Positions 49,184 to 62,250 are shown, numbered from the whole stretch's first letter. The stretch: DNA of 63,199 nt, filler included, from Sphacelaria rigidula (GCA_964200075.2; 6 parts of 6 records of this genome joined end to end with filler, not necessarily neighbours in it), one strand, 5' to 3'. Numbers and translations: made by a program. Notes: generated by a model from the sequence alone, not told the origin.

Positions 49184-49375
49184 CTCGTCGCTGGTGTATG
49201 TGCGCCGGCTACTAGCAAAGTGGTGCGGTGTTGGGTCTTGGATGGTGACGAGATGAATGCCCAAGCGATCCGAGGCTGACCTGAACACCCGATCCCACAG
49301 GCTCTTCTTTGGCTCCACTTTCGCCTTGCAATAGGCGCACACAGCTTTTGTCTCCAGCCATGGGTCGATGCATTC
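49184..49375 (-). CDS. RING-H2 E3 ubiquitin ligase, exon with second half of the RING
   Basis: TTTTATCAG|GAA acceptor; ECIDPWLETKAVCAYCKAKV; donor GAG|GTATGA; 192 nt, phase 0. Confidence 0.85.
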
Positions 49376-50107
49376 CTGATAAAATAAAAGCAGCAGGCAC
49401 ATGGTAAAAGCACGTGACAGGTCAAGGCGAAGAAGGGGTGGCGATATACTGGCTTTTGTTTGCCCTCATATATCCGTCACATGCAGAAGCTTTTCGGTAG
49501 GCAACGATCTCACACGGGATCTTCACTGCAATAAAATGGAAAATGACGCTCGTATGCGTGAAGGCAAACCGTACAGAAATCAAAGTCATTGGTCATATGT
49601 AACGGTGAACAAGTTGTGATTTCGGCCACGTGGCTGACAACCATACCGCCACGGATATGCGACACCGTCAGCTCGTAAGACGCGTGTACCTAGCACAGCT
49701 ATTTGACAGCACACCACTTCCGACCGCAACACGATCGATTTCGCGGATAGTCTGTACTACAGCGCATCTGTCTCATCCAACGGTCAACTTCGTCAAAATG
49801 CTTCGAGGCTTCCGTCTCCCAATACTCTCGCAAACATCCTGTATTACCTTTTAGGTTAGCGGCACTTCGATCCTGCTCAGCATCGAACTTACTGCGTACA
49901 CACTCGAGTATGACACGGACCCGAGAAAAAAACACACTGGAATATGACACAAGCCGGAACACAACAACCGAAGGACCATGGTACACACATTGCGCATCGT
50001 TTTCACCTAGGCTGGCATCATCCACCTCGTGACCGCGGGCCTGAACAAAAATGCGGACGTCAGCCGACCAACCAACGAATTGACGAACACGCAAACAAAA
50101 CACGCAC

Positions 50108-50533
50108 CTTGTGAAACTTGTGTCGGCAGCCAGGAATGATCCGAATCACATCCCCCGCTTCATAGTCGATCAGGCAGATGGCACACATATCCTCCGTACT
50201 ATCCCTATCTTGCACTTTGCCCAATGCATCAAGAGCACCACCACTCGCCCCCCCATCCACCCCAGCAGAGACCGAGCCTCCCTCCTGTCCCGGCAGCGCT
50301 GTGCCCGAGCTCGCATCCAGAACGTCCCCTCCCTGCTGTTGCTGTTGCGCTTGCGCGTCTTCCTGCTGCGGTTTTCGAGCTGCGGCGGCCGTCGCTCCCT
50401 TAGATCCTTTAGACACGGGTAGTTTGTATTTCGTTTGCGGCAGGCGTTCGATGCTCTGCTTGGAGAGGCCCTCTTCCTGCGAGTATCGCAGCCTTCCGCT
50501 TATATCGTTGCGGAGCAGGCAGAGGTCCATCAC
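50108..50533 (-). CDS. RING-H2 (C3H2C3, ATL/RNF-like) E3 ubiquitin ligase, exon with first half of the RING; upstream exons not identified
   Basis: GTGCAG|GTG acceptor; GLSKQSIERLPQTKY (GLD-like motif) and CAICLIDYEAGDVIRIIPGCRHKFHK; donor AAG|GTGCGT; splicing gives the complete RING-H2. Confidence 0.88.
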
Positions 50534-52280
50534 CTGCACACGCGGTGGCCAGCGTTGACTGTTAGCCGAGGTTCGCTTTTTCGCGCTTTTTGTTTTGTAT
50601 GGATTTATGGAGAGATATATCCCACATGTCACTTGGGTGTCGCGAAAACGTGACCTGTCCTGTGCTCCTTTGAGAGACAGACGAGACTGACAGGAGGACT
50701 TCAACTTGATACCATCAACAGCACCATCATACATTGTATGAACCGCAGTCATCAGCTTATCGCTCACGCTGTACCGTGATATCATCGACCCTCTCCGCCA
50801 CGAGACTCATGTTTGGACCCTTGTGCATCCCACCGCTTTCGTACTTACCTAAATACATTTTATGCTGCTCGAGAGCTTTACTTCTTTTTTTTTCTCACGT
50901 CTTGGTCTACTACGTCATTCTGTTCGCCTTTTTTTTCTGTTCCTTCGTTTTCTTGAAGGAGTGTTTCAGTATTGCTTTTCTTGGGTACGTCTATCATGCG
51001 ACCACGGCTGGACTCATGGGTGGGCTGTTGAAGTGCGACAAATGATCAATCAACCAGAGAGCGATTTTTCTCTCAAGGAGCGGGGGGTGCTTATCCATTT
51101 TCTCCTGTGACTACTGCCTGCTGACCACGAAACAACGGGGATCTTTACTATGAGAGAGTGAGTAGCACTGCTGGACGTACTCCACGATCAAAACCCAGAA
51201 AGGTTCAGCTTGATCTAACAAGACTACAGCAGGTAGCTTCGTAGTCAAATGATCAAGGATGGGGGACGTTGCATTTTCTTCCATCATATTCGGAGGGGAG
51301 GGAGGGGGGGACCTTGCCAAAATCAATGTATTCACGACAAGGCATTCTACGTGGATTCGCGTATGTGGAGAAAAGCCTCTTAGTACTGCAGGGCAGGTTG
51401 TAGCTTGACTCAAAAATGCACGTCACATGCGTCAGAGCGGGCAGTGTGGTGGTCCAACAGAGGGTCGCGTACGCCTAATGAGGCCAAAATGATGATACGG
51501 ACTCGTGCGTATATCATACCAGACCATCGCAGGCTGAACCACGACTGACAGACAAAAAAATACAACACCATATTACTACAAGTACAGTATTGCGCGGGCT
51601 ATATGTTGGTACAGCTCAGTGCAGCTACACTAAGCACTACTCACGGCATACCTGCATGGGAGCATGTGATTGACCGAATCGTGGCTGATTTGACAACAGA
51701 CTGTGTTCACAGTGAATGCATACTAGAGCCCTCGACGAGAGGACCAAACTCACCACACTACTAGAGCTACGGCAACGGCACACCGGAAACGAACGCAGCC
51801 ATTGCAGACAGCGCACTTGTGGCAATGTTCACGGGTGCACGCGCACGGCGCGCTATGATCCCACCCCAGCAGTCGCAACAACAAAAAACAACAGCACACC
51901 GCAACGGTTGCAGCGGCACGAAAAAACAGAAGTGATATGGATCCGCGCACAATCTGCCCCATATAACTCTCGCGTTTCCCCCCACAATTTGAAAAAGCAA
52001 AGTGGTGAGAAGCCTCAGTGGTGTAGCCATCACATCCTCACGCTGGGTCAAGGAACCCCAACACTTCGTTCAAAACCGCCATTTTTTCGGAATATATATT
52101 TTAAGACGACCAACCGGAAAAAAAAAAAAATCAACGAACTGATTACTCCCCGAAAAACGTTAAAAGCTTGTGCGTGCTACGCAGCGAGACATAGACGGCA
52201 ACTCTTCCACTCACGAATAAGTCGTGGGTATCCACGGTTACATGAAAACGCCGCCGCGCCCAGATGGTGTAATGTGTAAT

Positions 52281-52357
52281 GACATAAGTGACTCAATTAT
52301 TAGGGCGGAAAGAAGGCGGGTTCGATTCCTGCCAGATGCATGCCGATGTTTTTTTTT
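52281..52357 (+). other. tRNA-derived (SINE-like) Pol III remnant
   Basis: B-box/T-arm GGCGGGTTCGATTCCTGCC at 52315-52333, weak A-box-like sequence upstream, T9 run downstream; no full cloverleaf. Confidence 0.35.
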
Positions 52358-52650
52358 CCTGCAGAGTATCTGATTTCCACCGTTGAAAGCGGGAGGACGT
52401 GATCAGCAAAGACACTTTGCTTGACGAAAGTCGACGCGGTGCGGAAATGATGATGGTCATGATCCAATCGATCCACGAGATCAAAACGCAAAGCGTATGC
52501 AGTATCGGAAGAGAAAAGGATTGATCCCTTGACACTACGTCCCTCGGAGGAAAAGTAAGGGGTTAAAAGTGCACGGTTAGGACGAATCACCAAATCCACG
52601 ATTTCTTCGGCCTGATTGCCCAAAAGGGAGAAAAAAGATGACCGCTGGTC

Positions 52651-52750
52651 NNNNNNNNNNNNNNNNNNNNNNNNNNNNNNNNNNNNNNNNNNNNTTAATT
52701 AATTAANNNNNNNNNNNNNNNNNNNNNNNNNNNNNNNNNNNNNNNNNNNN
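52651..52750. other. Artificial contig linker
   Basis: N44-TTAATTAATTAA-N44. Confidence 0.97.
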
Positions 52751-53559
52751 GGAAGATGGCTTCGCTCGGTCGCAAGTGTTCAGCGTCTTCCCTGCAAAAG
52801 AGAAATGCCACTTCAACCTCATTTTTTGTACGAACCCTATTTTCTAGGATCCACTGTTATATCACGGTTTCACCTTTCCCAACTGTTTTTTTCTACTATA
52901 CCCCAAACCGGGCCGGATAACTACCTCATTGTGTGTACTCGTAGTGGGCTGTGACGTGCGTGTGTGCGTGATGCCGCCGCCGCCCGGGGCGGCCTTGAGC
53001 AGAAGACTACTGGAAGGTCGAGCCATGATACAGACACCAAATCACAACGTGCATACACATACATGGGATACCAGAAAGACTCCTCGAGATGTTCGTGTAC
53101 GACACGTCTGCCGAAAACAACCCAAGGAGCCTTTCCTTTCTCATAGTTAAGTCCCTTGCTTGACAACGCGTCGCGCAGGCTTCTTGCCAAACAGCAAGAT
53201 GGGAAAAACCCGTCTTCCGCACGAATCCACCACTAAATGTTTATAATGCGGCCAAGGGTATGCAAAAAATAAATCTCGACCCTCACCCCATCTTTTCATT
53301 TTTTCCGCTCCACAGGGTTCCCTTCCTCCTGGCCTGCCCCTTGCTGGGGTGAGCGGAGGATCGCCAGTGATCTTAGACCACACACAAAGACCACCAAACC
53401 AACGACGGCGGAGCAGGGAAATGCAGGGGACAGGAGCCCCAGCACCATGTAGACGCGGACTCTGAGTTTAGGGCGATAGGAGATACAGGGATCGTGAAAG
53501 ACAGTGTAGCTCATATCGCATTGAATGTTTCGCACACCACCCCTTTCCCCCGACTGCCC

Positions 53560-56500
53560 ATACTGGGATGGGCAGAAGTCTGCCTATGATCTTAGACCAC
53601 CACCCAAAGACCACCCAACGACGGCGGAGACACGAGCCCGAGCCTCGTATCGACTGGGAGACTAAGTTGGGAAGATAAGAGGCACCACGATCGCTAGAGT
53701 GGCGTGTGCTTCGTTTCGGAACAACTTCATCAGCAGCATGCAGCTAAACGCTAAAGCACTGGCCTGGACACCGGGGTTATGCAGCAGCGGAGAGCGCAGT
53801 GGGAACAGCCTAGACGGGAATGGAGGGGTTACACATCGCGTGGGTACGCACACCAGGAGTGAGGGAGGAGTAGAGTCGGGCAGAGCAGGAGAGTTGCACC
53901 TGCCTGTGATACAAGACGAGCACCGGGCTAGCGTAAGCCAGCGAGTCCACGATGCGATCAAAATAAAACAAATAAAAAAGAGCACAAAAAAAAGGAGGAG
54001 GGGCCGGGCAAGGCGAAGGCTTGCTAGGGTAAGCAGTACGAGTAGCCCGGATGAGGCAGCGGACTCAACTTGTAAAGGCAGCCACTTACAATGTCAGAAC
54101 TCTAGCTGTGAAAGGGGCCAACGGACGGGGGCGAGACTACAGCGTCTTGTATGAGGCTGCGAGACTAAACATCTCGGTGGTAGGACTACAGGAGACAAGG
54201 AGGGTGGGGCGAAGAGACTGTACAGCAGCAGGGTTCAGAGTGTTTTGCTATGGGAGCGAGTCAGGTGGGCAACATGGTGTGGGAATAGCCGTGAAAGAGT
54301 CGATTTTCAACAACGCTACCTATACCACTGAGTACGTTGACCAGCGCCTCATGGCAATAAGATTCGAAATATTGGGACAGAGTTGAGCGATCAATTTCGT
54401 ACCTGCGTATGCATCAACTGAAGTCGCCAAGAACGAAACAAAACAAGCGTTCTGGGATGGACTTGACGACATTGTACAGCGAATCCCGTCGAAGGAATGT
54501 GTGTATGTGTTGATGGATGCCAACGCGCGGACGGGGGATAAAGTAGGAGAGGGCTTAGAGAACGGAGGGGTCTTAGCCGCCTCTGGACGTGATGAGAACG
54601 ATAGCGGCAGGCTATTACTAGCTTTCGCAACCGACAACAAACTAGCCATCACGAACACCTTCTTCAGCACGCGCAAAGACGGAATCTCGCACACATACAA
54701 CAGTGCTGCGGGAATCGCACGAGCGACTTCAAGCGCATGGACTACATACTCACCCGGCAGGCACACCGAGGTAGAGTGCGCAACGTAGTCGTACACCCCC
54801 AACCGGCACCCCCGACCAAAGCTGACTCAGACGACAACATGGTGGTGGCCATTGTCGACGTCGGTGGCCGCCTTGCCCACCACCGCCTAGTACGAACAAA
54901 TTCAAGGCAGCGGCAATTCAGTAGACAGCAGCTGCAGACCGAAATGAAACGGTGGCACGTGATCGAGAGGTTCCTGTATAACCTCGGCGAGCACAAATAC
55001 CAGCCAGCGACCACCGCACCGGCGGCCGCGGAGGAATGTACCGAAGCTATCCTCGAAGCAGCGCAGACAGTACTTCCGGAAGAGGCAAGGATACCACGTA
55101 TGCCGAAATAGTGTAAAAATCCCGACACGAGAGCAACAGCGGAGGCAGCGATCGCCAAACGACGGGAGGCACGCCGACTGATGAAGGATAACCGGACTTG
55201 AGCAACGTAGAAAGCACTCCGAGCCGCGTGTATGAGCGTACGTACAGCTATAGACGACGGCATCCATGCACATCTGGAGAGGTATGTGGCGAGGCTAGAA
55301 GCGATATACAAGGATCACGACATGAGAGGCCTGTACAAACACCTTGAGAGATCGATGGATCTTGGCAGGCACTCCGGGGGGTAGTAGTTCATCAAGAACC
55401 AGAACGGCATTCTACTAAGGAAAACAATTGCCATCCTTACACGGTGTGAGAGGTTCTTCCGCACCCTGCTCAAGACCAAATCGCCCACGCTGAACTCAGC
55501 CATCATCGAGGAGGTGAAGCAGCGACCGGAAGCTTCAACCACCGGTGATTCGTGACCACTTGGGGCAGGACCAATACTGGAGGAAACCAGACGAGCAGTG
55601 CGGGGGATGAACAACTGGAAAGCGCCAAGACCCGACACCCTCCCTGTAGAACTACTCAAGATCGACGGTCGAGCCGAGCCCGTCGTTATCGAACGCTTCC
55701 ATGTCATCCTCGCCAACCTGTGGGACGGAGGTGAGGTCCCGCAGGATTGAAAAGACGCTACCATCAAAGTGCTATAAGAAATCAGATCGCTAGGACTGTA
55801 ATAACTGCCGGGGAATCTCACTGGTGTCACACGCAGGGAAAATGCTGTTGAAGATAGTGGCCAACCGCCTCAGCGACTACTGCGAAGCACACGGGATACT
55901 GCCGGAGGAACAGTGCGGCTTCCGACCTGATCAATACACCGTCGACATGTTGTTCGTAGTGCGCCGACTCCAGGAACTGGGATGACGACGCAGAATATCA
56001 ATACACATGTGCTTCGTCGACCTCCAAAAGGCCTATGATTCGGTAGATCGAGAGCTTCTATGGCAGGTGCTTGCCCGAGCTAGGATTCTGGATGAGATGA
56101 TAGCCGTTATCCACCAATTCCACGATGCCATGCAGGCCCGCGTACTCACGGACGACGGGGAGCTCTCGGAGTGGTTCGAGATCACCCAGGGACTGCGGCA
56201 AGGGTATGTGTTGTCTCCGCTGCTGTTAAATATCTTTTTCGCTGCGGCGCTCGAGATAGTTCCCGAGCGATTCAGCGAGGAATACATCATCGTCAAGGAC
56301 AAGGTATACCTCGACGGGGAGACGGTGAGGGAGACGGAGACACCTCCGGAACGCGTACGAAGAGCGATGTGGGGAATGCTGTATGTCGATGACGCGGCCG
56401 TCGTCTCGAGATCCCCTGACGGCCTGGCGAGGATGATGAGCGTTTTAGTACGCGTGTTCGGAACCTTCGGACTGACGGTGTCGGAGAAGAAGACAGAGAC

Positions 56501-57899
56501 TCTACTGATGGGAGCACCGACAAAAACGCCGCAGAAGGAGGATCGACCAACACCATCCCCATCACCGCCAGTTACGCACAAACCACAAAGTTCCGATTCT
56601 TCGGTGGGCTCGTCACCGAAGATGGCGAGCTCACACAAGAGATAAACCGGAGCAGAGGCACGTGGGCGTGCATCAGAAATTTTTCCCGGCCCGAGAGCTG
56701 TTTGACCGACCGAAAGCACCGTGGGAACTCAAGTTCCGACTGCTGAAGGCAGAGGTGATGGAGGCCCTACTGTATGGATGCATGACGTGGGCCCGCGCAG
56801 CGAGCACTACCGGTTGCTAAGGTCGGTACACTACCGGCTCCTTCTGCGGGTTACTGGGTACCGCCGAGTGCGTGGCACACACCGACAGTTGTTTTACACC
56901 CAGGCGCTCAAGAAGACCGGATGCCAAAGTGCTGAAGCCATCATCCAGCGACGGTAACTGCTGTTCGAGGGAGCCCTGGCTAGACAACCGGACGGACCAC
57001 TCCCGAAGCGACTGGCATTCGGAACACTCGGGGGAGGGGGATCCAGGACCAGTGTGCCCGGAGCAAAACTGGCTGCAAAGCCTGCGGGACAATTTTCAAG
57101 CTTTCGGAGCCACGAGCGGCTCTACGGACGAGAACCGACAGACATTCGAAGCTGAAAGTGCCGCCTGGCTTTCAGCAGCAAAGAGGGAAGGGGGGATACC
57201 ACGGCACGCAGGGGTGCTTCAGGGAGCGGAGAGGTTCATGACCTCTTCGCACAAGATCAAGGAAGAGGCCAGCCGACAACGTGCGATTAAAGGGGAGATT
57301 TGAGAAGAGGAGGGAGGATATGGAAGAATGCGTAACCAGCTTGTCTCGAACTGAAAATGGCGGAAGTGGCAGGACCCCCATCATCTCCCCTTATATTATT
57401 TTTGTACTAACTGCTGACTCCAGCGCACCCTTCCCCCCGAGGTGATGTGTGTTGTTATGTGGTGCTCTTCCGTTTATGCCTAGTATATTCGTACGCATAA
57501 CTGTCCCTCTAGAGGCACAAAGTTGGAACCCTGCAACTCGTATCGCTTTGGCTGGTAATCGGGGCTGTCGAGTTTGACTCCCGTCCTGTTTGGCCTCGCG
57601 TGTTGAGTGGGCCAATGGGCCCTGCCTCCAGTAGCCCGAATGGTCGCATACGACATCGGAGAGGGCTAGCAGTAGTCTTTTTTCTTTCCCCTCTTTTCTT
57701 TTTTGAGTATTTTCATTGTTTTTGTTTTATTTTTATTTTGTGTCGCGTCTGTGTGAATTTTTTCTTGGTCCGATTTATCTTTATGATTTTTCTTTGAAAC
57801 TAGCTTGGGGTAGTTAGCCTGTGACCACGGAAGGCGTCCGCATTAGATGGCAAGTACAGAGTACTGCGCAGATATCGGAACGGTCTTTTGAATGTGAAG

Positions 57900-57934
<35 letters not shown>
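53560..57934 (+). mobile_element. Near full-length decayed RTE-clade LINE (APE endonuclease + RT, 3' UTR, (CAA)n tail)
   Basis: ATYNVRTL..VVGLQETR..HGVGIAV, MDANARTG, DYILTRQ, SDDNMV (APE); FVDLQKAYDSVDR, GLRQGYVLSPLLLNIF, LYVDD, FGLTVSEKKTE (RT); many stops/frameshifts; ends in CAA repeats 57899-57933. The 5' boundary is approximate. Confidence 0.9.
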
Positions 57935-57935
<1 letters not shown>

Positions 57936-58439
57936 CCAGGGTGGTGGCCAGGGGTGTGGGTGGGGGGCTGGGGGGTCTATACTCAATCGTGTGTATCAAT
58001 CTAGTTCCGCGCTCATTCCTATACTTGACGAGTTGATTTGATCTTAGACCGTGGGAGGAAAATGACTACAACTGAGTACGGGTACGTCAGCCAAGAGAGG
58101 TTACTAGGACTGAGTGTGAGTGACCCAAGTCACTAGCTGGGGCAGGTCACTTGATCTTACTACAGTTTACACCTGGTTGGTGAAGCAGTTACAGGTTCAA
58201 ATGAGTGCGTACAGCTGCTGTGGCAATGAGCTACGGCGAAAGCGAGCTTTGAGCTGTATCACCTCTGTAATTTGAAACTTGTACGATCGAAAAGACGGCG
58301 ATCGAGATTTCTTCTCTGTTTTCCGGCTACTCCCCTCTGTTTCCCGGCTAGACTCTCAATCTGGGGAAAACTCTGGTTGTATACTCAGTTTTCTCGTAAA
58401 ATCTACAGATGATATCACGTTTTTACGGTTCTCAACCAA

Positions 58440-59030
58440 GGGTCGGTCAAGATATATTTTCGGACACGGATCTTCCCCCCCCTCCCGGAGGGCAATGTCT
58501 CGAAAATTGCCATGATTGTTTTTGTTGTTGTTGATATTGTTGAAAAAAATGATCATAAAACACTGACAGAAATCGAAAAGTCTGGCGAGCTTCGCGACGT
58601 TTGTGTATTTGCTTCTGCTCCTTGCCCGCCCTGTCTGTCCCGATGGCCTCGGATGCTGGCAACGCTCACACACATCTATGTACAATACACGAGCGCACGG
58701 TAGCGATAACCTGTGGCCAAAGTAGCAACATTATTCCACGCCTCGCCAGATTTGTCCGGACTAGTGGTAAGTAGTCGAGGCAACCGACACGTAGCATGAT
58801 CCCGTAAATGTAATCATGGTAGGTGATGGGCTTAGAGGGGTGGTGTGTCCATCATCTCAGCGGTCTCCATACCAAGGATCTCTGTACACGGTAGCTGACC
58901 GCATTCGCCGACGCCTCGGCAATAAACTAGGGGATAGCAAGCTGAGTGTCCCCCCCTCCCCCCCCCCTCCAAAAACTTGAATTTTCGACCTTGGGGCCTA
59001 CGTGTCCCGAAATCTGTTTTTGACAGACCC
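58440..59030 (-). mobile_element. Dispersed repeat family A, inverted copy with imperfect inverted ends (MITE-like)
   Basis: Revcomp matches 43340-43955; ends GGGTCGGTCAAGATATATTTTCGGACACG vs revcomp GGGTCTGTCAAAAACAGATTTCGGGACACG. Confidence 0.75.
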
Positions 59031-59182
59031 TTGCTTTGACCACCAGGGTACATCATCTGGGTCACGCGGTAACTTTTAAAGTAATTTTGGTTGAGAAGCT
59101 CACACTCAGTCAAATTCCTGACACTCCGTCTGGCATTTTTCTCAAGTTATTGGTAGTAGCAGCAGCAGTAGTAGTTGCTGTA

Positions 59183-59433
59183 TGTGACGGTAGCCAGTGG
59201 AAGCACTGTTGGATCACTGCTGTTGAGGGACTCCCCAGTCTCACTGGCCTCAGTTTCAGTTGTCAGCCTTTACAGTATTCCATTAGTCAGGAGTGCCCTT
59301 CCAGGGCACCAGCTAGACCTGCAGATACTATATTCGTGTCCCCGGTCATTATCCAGAACCCTCCAGAATCTCCGTGCCCTCAGTCATTATCCATATCATC
59401 ACTGCCAACTCAACGTACGGCATTTTTGTCGCA
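59183..59433 (-). repeat. 3' LTR (251 bp)
   Basis: Direct repeat of 62742-62994; short G-run (PPT-like) immediately inside on the minus strand. Confidence 0.92.
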
Positions 59434-59464
59434 GCACCCCCAAAGCGCGTTGAGCGAAAATCGA

Positions 59465-60638
59465 TCAACAAGCGTGAAACATAGAAAACGCCAAAACGAT
59501 GAGTAAGCCACCACTGGATACCAAACTCACTCGATGAGCAGCAACGGCACGAGTCACGCGCAATTTACGCAACTCCTTCATACGAAATTCCGGAGCGGCC
59601 TCAAAAATATCCTTGAAAGGCTCCCACGTACGCCCCTCAACTTCGAAACCAACCCAGTCGACCAACATTATTAATGAACAACCATCTGCTCCTGCCACTC
59701 GGACAATAACAGCCATCTACAATTGCCCCTAGTTGAAAGCATGCTGGAACACGTCCTTAACGTCAGCCGCGACATTAAGCTGCGAGTCTGCAAAAAAACG
59801 CAAACGAGCTGCATGGGTGGTCTGAACACGACCTGAAACAATGTTCTTAATCTCAAAGACGTGCGGGTGGTGAGCACGAACCACTCTCCATGGACCAGTC
59901 CAAGTCGCCAGCCATCAACTTGGGCGTAACACCCGGACGACGCACGCGGGCATACAAGACATAGCCGCCTACCTCAAAATTCGGCAATTCCAGCCCCAAC
60001 GAGGACCCCTCACGTCTACACGCACGTTCAGAGGCAACACGTTCCTGCCCTTGAACGTGGAAACGTTCTTGCGAGTCCAAGACTCCTTGCAATGCACTCT
60101 TAATTTGAACCTCGTCCAAAACATCACACTGACAATCAGGACGAGGATGAAGCAGCGCCACGGCATGAGCCACCAGATCCTTTGCTGCCGCCCATGCCTG
60201 CAGCCTGCCCTCCGTCCACGATGCAGCCTTCTTCGGAAACGCCATATCCGGACGGGACCACCCCGTCTGCAATTTCCGTAACACCAACCCGAGCGCCAAA
60301 AGAGCCACCATGCACAACGCCAACCAACTCGACTTCACTGGATCGTACCGCCGCGGCTTCGTCTTCGCCGCGGACGCCCCACGTTTTAGCTGAACACGCA
60401 TGGGCTCCACGCGCGCAGGGGGGTCACTCCGCAGCGCACGACGGAACGCGTTGACGCGGCAATGCCATATGCCGCGCAGGCGCTCCATTTTTGAGACGCT
60501 GAGGCCTTTCGCCCCAGCTTCCGCCACGCTCTCCTCCAGCGCGACCTTCCAAGCGGGCTCTTCTTCCGCCCGGTCCATGAACATATCCGGGCCGCGCTCT
60601 ACTAAGCGTTCCACCGCCGCATCCCGCTCCTCGGTCAC
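59465..60638 (-). pseudogene. pol: Fused pol remnant (RT start / RT end / integrase tail) and chromodomain
   Basis: PPARVEPMRVQLKRGA..KPRRYDP..AFPKK | WTEGRLQAWAAAKDLVAHAVALLHPRPD | LPNFEVGGYVLYARVRRPGVTPKLMA; then MLVDWVGFEVEGRTWEPFKDIFEAAP. Confidence 0.8.
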
Positions 60639-60678
60639 CTACCTACTCCAGTCTCCTGAAAAGCATCCACCGACATGC

Positions 60679-61191
60679 TCACGCGACGACTGCCAAAAAG
60701 GCGGCCGTCTCTACGTGCGGACCAGGCGGAGATAGCCGCGTATTGATGGAGTCCTTCAACCGCTCATACGGATCGACTCCTAGATCCTGTAGCGTCGGCA
60801 GCCCCAGAAGAACAACGCCATCCGACCCTGGCATAATCGCAAACGAGATCGGAGGCAACGGCGCCAGCCCCCAAGCAGTCTTGAAGGCTAGCTGCAACGG
60901 AACAATACGCTCCGTGACTGAAACATACTGACCTGAAGCGGTGACTGCCTGCCGCGCCCCGAGCGGAAACGAGATGCGCAGCGGCACATCCGGGAGTTGA
61001 CGCTCCAGCATCTCCACCATCTGCACCGGCAGACTAGTGAAATGAGCGCCAGAATCCGATACAGAACGAACCACAATGGCTCCACACTGCCGTTGATTCG
61101 GAAGACGTATCTCCGCCGGAATGTATCTGTCGACAAGCTCTACGGGAACTGCTTCCGCTGACCTATGCGCTGCTATTGCACTTGGCGCCAC
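60679..61191 (-). pseudogene. pol: Retroviral-type aspartic protease
   Basis: VRSVSDSGAHFTSL..FAIMPGSDGVVLLGLPTLQDLGVD. Confidence 0.8.
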
Positions 61192-62250
61192 GGCTGCGTA
61201 AGCTGCGCAGGCGAAGACGCCCCGGCAGGTTCAAACGGCGCCGCCGGCGGGTACGCCCCCCAGCCAGCAAACCAAGAATTTGGCGACCCTCCGACCAGCG
61301 CGTCAACAGGCGTCGCGCCTGGCGCTGCTGCCGGTGTCGCCGCCGGCGCCACCACCGGCGTCGGCGCAGTGTTCGACTCTGTAAAAGTCAGGGCCACCTG
61401 TACCGCCCGCTGCGGAGCAGCAGCACCTACGGCGGCGCCGGACCCAGAGTCCTGCCCATGCTGACGCCGCTGCTCCTGCTGCTGCTGATTCTGCTGCTGC
61501 TGCGGCTGCTGCTGAGGACTCGCCTGTGACCCTCCATCGCCGGAGGATCCGCCGCCGCCACCACGATTACCTCGTATTTTGCCCCTGTGCTGACGATGCT
61601 GATGGCACGTAGCACTAGACTGCCCAGACTCTTCACCGGAAGACGTTGGGCAATCGCGCGCGTGATGGCCGACCTGGCCACAGCGGTGGCAAGCAATACT
61701 CGCTGCGCGACCAGCCGATTTCGAGCCAAGGTTGCGCAAAGATTTCGGCGAAGAGGTGGACGACTGGCCGAACACCTCTATTTTCCGCCACTCCTTGGCC
61801 TCGGCCACGACGGTGCTCATCACCAGGTACGGGTTGCCCTTCCAATCTGATTGGTGCTGCAGCTTGACAAGCACGGCTTCCTTGAAATGTTCCGGTGCTA
61901 ACCCCTCCACCAAAGCCTTAGTGATTACTGCTGCCGGGCCGGGAATGAACTCACCATCGGGGGAACGATGTATTAGTTTTACGTTTGGATTTTCCGTGAA
62001 GTACTTCTCCAAATTAGCAAATATGGGCTCCACACGCTCCAACATCGTTATCCCCCAAGAATCCATTGCGACAGCTTTCGCCACGGCCGCGGGTGCTTGG
62101 GTCAGATCTACGTCGGCGCCTGCCGCATGCCCTTCATGCCTTTATGATCGCCGCAACCAATTGCGGCGAGGTGATGGTGCTCTCATTATGTTCCAAACGA
62201 GCGAACACTCTCTGTACATGAGTCGGTACTTGTTGAGCTATGGCCACCAC
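61173..62250 (-). pseudogene. gag: Gag with CCHC zinc knuckle and poly-Gln linker
   Basis: ORF 61173..62084: ALVEGLAPEHFKEAV, CHRCGQVGHHARDC; the 5' extent is approximate. Confidence 0.8.

Noticed and set aside
50534-50785. N-terminal part of ORF 50060..50785 as coding
   Set aside because: Lies upstream of a good acceptor at 50534 and lacks protein-like features; probably intron.
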